Of a DNA stretch of 64,000 bases, positions 50,486-59,942 are shown one piece after another. Source of the DNA: Chiloscyllium plagiosum (Eukaryota); assembly GCF_004010195.1 (NCBI RefSeq), contig NC_057751.1:14277483-14341482 (forward strand). The letters run 5' to 3'. The stretch's first letter is position 1. Each line of letters begins with the position of its first letter. The position numbers and the translations under genes are program-made. A model generated the notes under the pieces. It made no database searches and was not told the DNA's origin. It was given only the letters and a program-made list of their open reading frames with translations.

Positions 50486-51465
50486 GGTTAGAGTGAGGTT
50501 TATCTTTTCAAGTCTCATCGACATCTTCATTCATGTGTAATTAGCATCCATTCTGATTTGGGCTGAATTGGAAGGTCGAGAAAGTGAAATTTCATTGCTA
50601 ATTTCTTCACTTTGGAGTCAGAATGTATATGTTTCACTGTGTGGTTTCCCCCAAGGATTAGAATGAGTTGTGAACATTTTTTAACATTGTGTCCACTCCA
50701 GGAAGGTGACACGTTGCAATGGATAGCAGCTATGTGTTATTACATCCTTGTATCATTTCATCGGACTTTGTTTCAATGTGTCATTCTGCCCTGTTTGTGA
50801 TGTGGGGTGGATGGTGAATAGTTTTTAAAATACCAAAGAGATTTTCATTGATCAATAGAACAGCAACTTAGCAAATAGTACAAGGGCTGAACATGAACAT
50901 TCGAACTGTCAGCAGAATATCGTGAGGCAGATTAAAAGCCAAAGACATGGCAGTTTGCAAAAAAAGGCCATCTGAAGATTCATCGGCAGACAGGAACAGA
51001 GCACAGAAAAGAACAAAGGCTGGAGATGACGGCAGGTCAGACAGCAAGCTAGCGTTTGAAGTCAAAATGACTCTCTGCCTCCTGCCAGAAAAACACTGTA
51101 GACAATTTCACTCTCACTTTGACGAGATGGAATCTACCATGGACTGCAAAACCTTCTCTGAGTCTCGAAGATTTATGGCCACTCAACCTACTGAGAGCAG
51201 CAGTCATGAAGCGTTTCACTGGCCAGGTGTTCTCCCTTATCCAATCTGGTCTTTCACTCTTCCTTCATTCTGCAATTACATCCATTCGAAGTTGTTAGAA
51301 ACAGCTAGTTGACAAGATTTTCCTCCCTCGTTTCAAGCTCGAGGAGATGTGGTCAGGCTATCATGCTATTTTGGAATCTCTGAGGATACTTGCCCTCCTC
51401 ATCACCCATCATTCCTAACCCCTTTCTGCAGGTCTTTAAATTCCAAAGATCATCTTTAATCCATT

Positions 51466-51797
51466 GGGCGGCATGGTAGCTCACTGGTTAGCACTGCTGC
51501 CTCACAGCGACAGGGACCTGGGTGATTGTCTGTGTGGAGTTTGCACATTGTCCCTGTGTCTGCATGGGTTTCCTCCGGGTGCTCCAGTTTCCTCCCATAG
51601 TCTGGAGAATGTGCAGGTTAGGATGGATTAACCATGGGAAATTGTCCATAGTATCCAGGGATGTACAGGCTGGGTGGGTTAGCCATGGGAAATGCAGGGT
51701 TATAGGGTTGGGAGTGGGTCTGGGTATGATGCCCTTCAGGAAGTCAGTGTGGACTTGATGGACTGAGTGGCCTGCTTCTGCACCATGTAGGAATTCT
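51466..51797 (+). mobile_element. HE1-type V-SINE, older subtype
   Basis: gggcggcatggtagctcactggttagcactgctgcctcacagcg..gggtttcctccgggtgctcc. Confidence 0.85.
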
Positions 51798-52469
51798 TGG
51801 ATTGTCTTTCCGAACTTCACAACTTATCAAATACTTCTTCAGTGTCCATACTCAGTGACCCAGTGGGGACAGTCCAGGCAGGAATATCAATGGAAAAGCC
51901 GCAGGCTGGAATGAAGCGAGCGTGAAAGTAAAACATAATCAGATGGTTTTACAGTACAGAATGAGGCCATTTGACCCATCGTGTCTGTACTGGCTGCCAA
52001 AAGAGCTATGTGGCGAGTCCCACTCTCTAGCCCTATCTTGGTAGCCCTCTAACTGGCCATTTGCCCCCTGGTTGTCAAGATTGTTAATTGCCACTTTTGG
52101 ACATGTGAACAAATTGACTGAAGTTACAGGGAACCATTTGAGTCTGAGGAAGCAAAGGTCCATTTGGGTTCAGGGTTCTGTGGGAAATGATGTCCCCATC
52201 AAATGCTGGTCAGTCCTGAAGACTGAGCTTCCCCATAAACAAGCATGCATCAGGTGGGAATAGGATCGCGGCTGACGTCCAGAGGAATCCTCTTCCCCCG
52301 CCCAGAATGAACATCACATGGCTGAAAACATCCTCTCCATTCAACAGGCTAACGTTGAACTGTTGTATCAATGGAAACTCTTCTCAAAGGCCATGAAGCA
52401 AATCTCATTTTCCAATGTCATCTGAGGCACAATGTCGTGAGAAGCCGAAATGCTGCTGGGAATGGAACG

Positions 52470-52855
52470 TCTGATATGCAAAGGCTGGGACTTTTTCATT
52501 ACAGCGTAGAAGGTTGAAGGGTGACCTTATTGAGGTTGACAAAATGATGAGGGGCATAGATAAGGTGAATAGCGAAGGTCTTTTCCCTGACATGGGGAAG
52601 GTCAAAACTGGGGGCATATGTTTAAGGTGAGAGATTTAAAAAGCTCGCAAGAGGCAACTTTGTTTACACAGAGAGTGGTTTGTGTGTGGAATGAACTGCC
52701 AGAGAAAGTGATGGGTGCAGGTACAGTCACAGTGTTTAAAAGGCATTTGGATAAGTTTATGGTCGCAAAGGATTGGAGGGATATGGTCCAAATGCAGGCA
52801 GGGTCTAGTTTAGTTTGGGATTATTTTCAGCAATGACCAGCTGGCCTGAAGAGTT
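52470..52855 (+). mobile_element. HER1/CR1 LINE 3' end
   Basis: FTQRVVCVWNELPEKVMGAGTVTVFKRHLDKFM. Confidence 0.8.
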
Positions 52856-53176
52856 TACTTAAATGCTAGCTCTTCCTTGTTAAGCTGATGCTGCACTCTG
52901 AAATGGGCAGGAACAGCTTTGGTCCGGGTGACAGCAGTGGTGCATATTCTGGTGTTGTCCTGGAGTCTCAGTTTATGAACTGACAACACCATTCAGTGAG
53001 AGTGAAGACAAATATTAACCATGTTAGATAATAAATGTCACCAACCCGCAACTAATCCATGGGACCTGTAACTTAATAGCATAGAAATAAATATGAACCG
53101 AATCAAAAAAAAAGGCAATATAAACTCGGCGTCTGTATTTAAAGGAATATTTAACCATGCGGAGTTCAGATCATGG

Positions 53177-54479
53177 TTAAAAATCTCACAACACCAGGTT
53201 AGTCCAACAGGTTTATTTGGAAGTACTAGCTTTCGGAGCGCTGCTCCTTCAGCAGCTAACTAGTGGGGCAGGATCATAGGACACAGAATTTGTAGCAAAA
53301 GATCAGTGTCATATAACTGATGTGATGTATTGCGCAAACCTGGATTGCTGTTAGCTCTTGAATCACTTTGAATAGTTTTGATTCATTAATATGTAAATCC
53401 CAGAACTTCTTTCAAGTCACATTCTTGAGATAAATTAAGGTCTTATTAAAGAAAGTGACATCTCAGCTCAGACAATGCATTAAAGGTGTGAGGTTAGAGT
53501 CTGTCTGTATTCCAACCTCGAGTCAGACCGGTTCTATTTCCAAAGTAGGAATTTATAAAATGACACATGGACTGACTGTCTAAAGACTGTGTGCGCTTTT
53601 TGGAAGAAATAGAATGTATCTCCAAATACGTATTCACCCCATAGATTTCCGTGTGTGTGTGCGTGCGCGACTGTGATAAAGTAAATGCCTGTGAGAGGGT
53701 ATGAGAGAGAGTCTCTATGAGTGTGTGAGAGAGAGAGTGTACAGTGTAGTGAGGTCATCTGTTGTGTGACATGAGCCCGATATCCCGGTTGAAGCTGTCC
53801 TCATGCGCATACACCCAGACTTGCTCTCACCATCTCAGAGGCATCGCCTTGGTCACACTCCATCAAGCACGTGCACATGCATTCTCCGCCTCTCTCTCGC
53901 ACACACACTCTCCCCCTCTCTCTCCACACCCCACTCTCACTCACACACACGCTCACTCTCTTCCCCCTCACACACACGCACTCTCTGTCTCCCTCACATG
54001 CGCACACACGTAAGTCTATGGGGTGAATTTGCGTTTGGGTATACAGTCTTTCATTCAAAAATCCCGCAATCTGCAAGAGTCAGTCCATGTGACATTTTAT
54101 CAATTCCTACTTTGGAAATAGAACCGGTCTGACTCAAGGTTTTAATATATACAGACTCTAATCTCGCACCTTCAATACATTGTCTGAGCTGAGATGTCAC
54201 TTTTTGTTAAAAAAACGTTAACTTATTTTGGGGCTGTGACTTGCAAGAAGGTCTGAGATTTACATATTAATGAATCGAAGCCATCAACCCCATTCTCAGT
54301 GATTAAAGACTTAACAACAATCTAGATTTGTGCAATATATCGCATAAGTTGTATGACACTTTGATCTTTTACGATAATTCTGTGTCCTATGATCCTGCCC
54401 CACGAGTTACCTGATGAAGGAGCAGTGCTCCGAAAGTTTGTACGATCATGTGATTTGTAACTATGTCCACCCCAGTCCA
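53177..54479. mobile_element. PLE family B insertion with long inverted terminal repeats
   Basis: Arms ~53230-53665 and ~53995-54436 are reverse complements, each ending in a hammerhead motif. The centre has the PLE ORF end HEDSFNRDIGLMSHNR* on the minus strand (~53755-53806). ATCATGG flanks at 53170-53176 and 54480-54486. Confidence 0.82.
54411..54439 (+). ncRNA. Hammerhead motif (family B)
   Basis: CTGATGA-A-GGAGC-AGT-GCTCC-GAAAG-TTT. The partner copy 53227-53255 (-) reads CTGCTGA-A-GGAGC-AGC-GCTCC-GAAAG-CTA. Confidence 0.62.
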
Positions 54480-54656
54480 ATCATGGCAGGGAACCCATTA
54501 CTTTCTGTTCCTATTTCTATGTTGGTGTCTGAACCAGGAACTTCTCGAGAAAAAGAGTGCAGTTAACCCAGACATTTGATTGTCACTGCAGAGTCAAGAA
54601 ATACACAAGCATTTCAGAACAAAGTCGGGCGTAATATTCTGAGGTCACGACAAGGA

Positions 54657-54830
54657 AGGTCAGGCAGCATCCAAGGAGCAGGAGAATCGACGTTTTGGGC
54701 CAAAAGCCCTTCTTCAGGAAGCCCGAAACGTCGATTCTCCTCCTTGGATGCTGCCTGACCTGCTGCGCTTTTCCAGCAACACATTTTTCAGCTCTGATCT
54801 CCAGCATCTGTGGTCCTCACTTTCTCCTCC
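54657..54830. mobile_element. Head-to-head hairpin of PLE family A terminal repeats
   Basis: aggtcaggcagcatccaaggag..gagaatcgacgttttgggc versus gcccgaaacgtcgattctcc..tccttggatgctgcctgacct. Flanks GACAAGGAAGG (54649) / GACAGGGAAGG (54836). Confidence 0.8.
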
Positions 54831-55497
54831 CTGATGACAGGGAAGGACAGGTGAAGGCGATGTATCAGCTGGAATATAAGCATCATTGATGGGACAACTG
54901 TGATTCGAGACTCTGTGCGAGCTGCTTGTCAAATCTCTCGGTACAACGGGATCTTGATCAGATGGGCCAGTGGGCTGAGGAGTGGCAGATGGAGTTTAAT
55001 TCAGATAAATATGAGGTACTGCTTTTTGGCACTTGCATCTTAGCAGGAGTTAAATACTTAATGGTGAAGTCTGAAGGAGTGTTGCTGAACAAAGAGACCT
55101 TGGAGTGCAGGTTCATAGCTCCTTAAAAATGGAATCGCAGGTAGATAGGATAGTGAAGAAGTTAGTTGATTTGCTTTCCTTTGTTGGTCAGAGTCTTGAG
55201 TACAGGAGATGGGAGGCCATGTTACGGCTGTACAGGACATTGGTTAGGGCATTGTTGGAATATTGCATGCAATTCTGGTCTCCTTCCTATCAGAAAGATG
55301 TTGTGAAACTTGAAAGGATTCGGAAAAGATGTTGCCAGGGTTGGAGGATTTGAGCTGGAGGGAGAAGCTGAATAGGGTGGGGCTGTTTTCCCTGGAGCAT
55401 CGGAGACTGAGGGGTGACCTTACAAATGTTTATAAGATCATGAGGGGCATGGATAGGATAAATAGACAAAGTTTTTTCCCTGGGGTGGGGGAGTCCA

Positions 55498-55782
55498 ATC
55501 CAGCCCGCACTGTCCCCTTGACCTGTCCGGACTTGTCCGACCTGCCTAGCTCCTTTTCCACCTAACCACTCCACCCTCTCCTCCCTGACCTATCACCTTC
55601 ATCTCCTCCCCCACTCACCTATTGTACTCTATGCTACTTTCTCCCCACCCCCACCCTCCTCTAGCTTATCTCTCCACGCTTCAGGCTTTATTCCTGATGA
55701 AGGGCTTTTGCCCGAAACGTCGATTTTGCTGCTCGTCGGATGCTGCCTGAATTGCTGTGCTCTTCCAGCACCACTGATCCAG
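55498..55782 (+). mobile_element. PLE family A 3' end inserted in a LINE
   Basis: Nearly identical to 5127-5290 over its 3' half; begins and ends with ATCCAG. Confidence 0.85.
55694..55721 (+). ncRNA. Minimal hammerhead ribozyme, intact core (family A)
   Basis: CTGATGA-A-GGGC-TTTT-GCCC-GAAAC-GTC; stem I is weak (attc/gatt). Confidence 0.75.
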
Positions 55783-56809
55783 GCATAGGTTTAGGGTGAG
55801 AGGGGAAAGATACATGAGAGACCTAAAGGGCAACTTTTTCACATAGAGGGTGGTACGTGTATGGAATGAGCTGCCAGAGGATGTGGTGGAGGCTGGTACA
55901 ATTGCAACACTTAAAAGGCATTTGGATGGGTATATGAATAGGAAGGGTTTGGAGGGATATGGGCCAGGTGGGACGAGATTGGGTTGGGATATCTGGTCGG
56001 TCTGGGCGGGTTGGACCGAAGGGTCTGTTTCTGTGCTGCACATCTCTATGACTCTATTCCAGTCTGCCTTTTCATGGCCTGACTGAAACAGGAACCTTCC
56101 CTGCGCTCTCTCTCATGGAGAGACATACCTGATAAAAGCTCAAAGGCACCCAGTCAATTTGCTACAACTCTGAGCACCACAGTATTTCAAGGTACAGCTC
56201 AGCTCATCAGGTATATGCAGGAGTTTAGCCGACCATGCTGACCAGATCGAATTTAGGAGATGCCAGGTTACAGAGAGAAGGGAAACCATTCACTTGAAGA
56301 GAAAGTGCAGACGCGATGGGCCGAAAGACCATTTCTTTCATATTGCTGACCCAAGTTATGGATGGAATTGGCAGTGAGCCATTTCTCCTGTTGTTAGATC
56401 TGATGAGGAACACAAATATATTAATCTACCAGTGGGATGTGTGGTTCTTTGGGCACCATTGATTTTGAGGTGTTAAAATCAGTGCGTTCGCTTGGAGATG
56501 TGTGGCTCAGCAGTTTGTGAAGCCAGATCCAATTAATTGTTGAATGGATTTGTAGTAAATCGCTGTGTGTGTCAGACAGTGCTGTTCCTGCATTGCAGAA
56601 AGCCTGAGTCACAATGCTGCTGGCAAAGATGATTAGATTTTAATGTTTCTGCTGCTTGTGGCCTCTTCCACCTGGCAAGCTGCTGCCATACTATGCCCTG
56701 CTCACTTTGTTCCTGTGTCATCCTCACACTTCCACTGGAATTTCTCTGTGGGCACTCTGTGACATCGACCATCCAACTGCAGCTAGACCAGCTTCTCAGC
56801 TCGGAGCAA

Positions 56810-57412
56810 ATAGAGTCGTACAGCACAGAAACAGACCCTTCAGTCCCGCTCATCAGCACCAAATAAGCACGGTGCCTCAGTGGCTAGCACTGCTGCCTCA
56901 CAGCGCCAGGGACCCGGGTTCAATTCCAGCCTCGGGCGACTGTCTGTGTGGAGTTTGCATATTGTCCCCGTGTCTGTGTGGGTTTTCTCCCACAATCCAA
57001 AGATGTGCGGGTTAGGGTGGATTGGCCATGCTAAATTGTCCTGTAGTGTCCAGGGATGTGCAGGCAAGGGTGGGTTAGCCATGTGAAAAGCAGAGCTAGG
57101 GAAGTGGTGGGGGTTGTGTGTGGGATGCTCTTTGGAGGGTAGGTGTGGACCCAATGGGCCAAATGGTCTGCTATCACACTGGAGAGATTCTGTGACATCT
57201 CAATCGGACCGAGTTCCCATTTGCCAGCACCCGGCCCATATCCCTCCAAACCCTTCCTATTCATATACCCATCCAGATGCCTTTTAAATGCTGTAACTGT
57301 ACCAGCCTCCACCACATCCTCTGACAGCTCATTCCACACACATAACACCCTCTGCGTGAAAAAATTGCCCCTTACATCCTTTTATATCTTTCCCCTCTCA
57401 CCCTAAACCTAT
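56810..57412 (-). mobile_element. HER1/CR1 LINE 3' end split by an HE1 SINE
   Basis: Tail tagagtcgtacagcacagaaacagacccttc at 56810-56860; body WNELSEDVVEAGTVTAFKRHLDGYMNRKG at 57196-57412. Confidence 0.85.
56867..57195 (+). mobile_element. HE1-type V-SINE
   Basis: gcacggtgcctcagtggctagcactgctgcctcacagcgccagggacccgggttcaattcc. Confidence 0.88.
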
Positions 57413-57417
57413 ACTGT

Positions 57418-57730
57418 CTGCGCACGGGAATTCCCACAGGCCTGGCATTCCAACCAGAACTTCATCAACAAACACATCCATTTGGACCCCATTTACCAAC
57501 CTCTCAGAAACAGAAATGGAAGTGATATCCACCACAACAGACCAAGCCACACAAATAGAAAGCTGGACAGAACACCAGTGCTTCACCGGAGGCTCACTGA
57601 TGATGTTACCTCGCATGGTGACACCACTGATGATGTTATCCAGCACAGTGATAAAACATCTGAGAACAAACCGACCAGATCAGCAGACAAACTGACAACC
57701 TGAGCTACAAATCTTCTGTAAAATCGCTGG
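57418..57730 (+). mobile_element. Penelope-like 3' end (family D relative) with duplicated hammerhead half
   Basis: AREFPQAWHSNQNFINKHIHLDPIYQPLR; CTGATGA-T-GTTACC-TCGCAT-GGTGAC at 57597 and CTGATGA-T-GTTATC..AAAAC-ATC-TGAG at 57627. Confidence 0.8.
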
Positions 57731-58526
57731 GGCCCTCTAGTTCCCCCGTCCCTGGGGGAAAGAACGCGGACGTTTTCATTTCTGAATTGTTGCTTGTCAG
57801 AGTTCGGTTTGCTCTTGCAATTTCAAGCGCCTCTTCATTTGTTTGGCCATGAGTATACACAATTTTTCGCTGACATCTAAGCAACCACATTTCTGTCCAT
57901 TCAACGTTTCCGCCATTGTTCATTATGTGGATTGATACCAATCTGTAACACACGTTCAATGACACCAATTAGAATATCTTCACCCACTGCTTTGAATGTT
58001 ATAAACCATAACATGAAGGTAGCAGGGCCGCACTAGTGATGGTGGCAGAGGGACGTTGGCTGTGGGGCAGCCTTTCAGCAGAAACACCAAGTGCGCCGGG
58101 AAACCACCTCGTGCCTTGTTTTTACAAATCAAATTGTTCTTTGAAGAGCAACTGAAGAACTATGTCCAACGGCTCGAGATGTGGAAGAAGGAGCAGGAGA
58201 CCTGTGTGTGACTGCACACCAGAATAGATCCAGTAACACTCGTGTATTCTATAATGTAGTCTTCCGACACTGTGGCTATTTATCCAGTGACCTATCCAAA
58301 AATGTATATGGTTCAACATCTCAAGTACATATTTATACAAATGAGTGTATTTTATCATTGATTCAGCAGCAGTCTGTCTCATCCTTGTCCCCTTTTACCT
58401 GAATCCCATCATTGATCAGTTTGAACTTGCTGTGTTGAGTGATGTTTCCCCTTTACTTGTCCTCCGCTCCTCCGGCCTTATTTTTCCCTGTTTCTGTACC
58501 TGACTGAAAACCGTTCCTTTGCTCAC

Positions 58527-58812
58527 TTACAGAGTTATGCAGCACAGGAACAGGCCCTTCGGCCCAGCTCGTCCATGCTGACCATGTTTCCTAAACTGAA
58601 CTAATTCCCGTCTGCCAGCACCCGGCCCATCTCCCTCCAAACCCTTCCTAATCTTATACCCATCCAGATGCCTTTTAAATGTTGCAATTGTACCAGCTTC
58701 CATCACTTCCTCTGGCAGCTCATTCCACACATGCACCACCCTCTGCGTGAAAAAGTTGACCCTTGGGTCCCTTTTATATCTTTCCCCTCTCACCCTAAAA
58801 CTATGCCCTCTA
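58527..58812 (-). mobile_element. HER1/CR1 LINE 3' end
   Basis: RGHSFRVRGERYKRD..FFTQRVVHVWNELPEEVMEAG. Confidence 0.88.
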
Positions 58813-59529
58813 CGTTGACCCACTCACAGCGGCAAAGAATTCCGCAGATTCATGGCTTTTGGAAGAAATTCCTCCTCATCTCTGTCTAGGCCCAAATGAT
58901 GCCGTCCCTGCAGTCTCTCCAACAAAGGGCACCAACCTTTCTGCCTTGACCCATGCCCTGTCCCACCAGAGTCCTGGATATTTCAGCGAGAGAGCTAAAT
59001 GACTCAACCTCTCCTCCCCAGGCTAGTTCATCTTGACCAGGCAAGTACAAAGAAACAGTGGCCCACCCGCCTATGACAAGTGAGTCCACAGCCTGATGGC
59101 CAACCAATGCAGGAGATTTGAACGTTGAAGTGTCCATCTTACTGCCTGGCTCTCCCACTTTGCGAGTTCCCAGTCTTGTTTTCCCACTGCCCAGTGAAAC
59201 CTTCCAGAAAGCCATTGCAGCTGTGTTCAGACAAGAAGTTTGGAACGTTTCAGCAAAACCTCCCAACCTGTCTACTTCATTCCCTTGGGCATACAGGCTA
59301 TCTGCCTTCCCAATTAGCTGCTGAACTTGGAATGCTTGCTTTTTGAGACAGATGCACACAAACCCCCACATTACTCAGTTGTGCAGATTACTGCAGTCTT
59401 GTATCCATTTAGCTCATATTCAGCCCCTGGATTCTTCCTGCCAAAGTGCAAGACCTCACGTTGCCATGCATGATGTGACATCTGCCAAGTTGTTGCCCAT
59501 TTGCTTAAACAGTCTGTCCTTCTGTTATG

Positions 59530-59942
59530 GGAAAGTGAGGACTGCAGATGCTGGAGATCAGAGTCGAGAGTGTGGTGCTGGAAAAGCACAGCAGGTCAGG
59601 CAGCATCCGAGGAGCAGGAGAATCAATGTTTCAGGCAGGAGCCTCTCATCAGGAATGAGGCTGGGAGCCTTGGGGGGTGGAGAGATAAATGGGAGGGGGT
59701 GTGGGGGCTGGGGAGAAGGGAGCTGGGAGTCCAATAGGTGGATGGAGGAAGGGGGAAAGGTCATGGGTCGGAGAGGAGGGTGGAGTGGATAGGTGGGAAG
59801 GAAGATTGACAGGTGGGGCAGGTCATGGGAATGGTGCTGAGCTGGAAGGTTGGATCTGGGGTAAGGTGGGGGGAGGGGAAATGAGGAAACTGGTGAAGTC
59901 CACATTGACGCTCTGGGGTTGAAGGGTCCCCAGGTGGAAGCT
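59530..59942 (-). mobile_element. PLE family A 3' end with hammerhead and TSD, inside an old CR1
   Basis: ORF end FHLGTLQPQSVNVDFTSFLISPPP. Core 59625-59652 reads CTGATGA-G-AGGC-TCCT-GCCT-GAAAC-ATT. Flanks TTCTGTTATG (59520) / TTCTGTTACG (59943). Confidence 0.82.

Larger units (their letters stand above)
54940..56057 (+). mobile_element. HER1/CR1 LINE 3' portion interrupted by a PLE
   Basis: QRDLDQMGQWAEEWQMEFN..LYRTLVRALLEYCMQFWSP..RRLRGDL..FPGVGES[insert]HRFRVRGER..WNELPED; tail tctatgactctat. Confidence 0.9.

Noticed and set aside
50947..51312. 121-aa ATG ORF with a basic NLS-like start
   Set aside because: No recognisable domain or splice context; compatible with chance or a decayed TE ORF.
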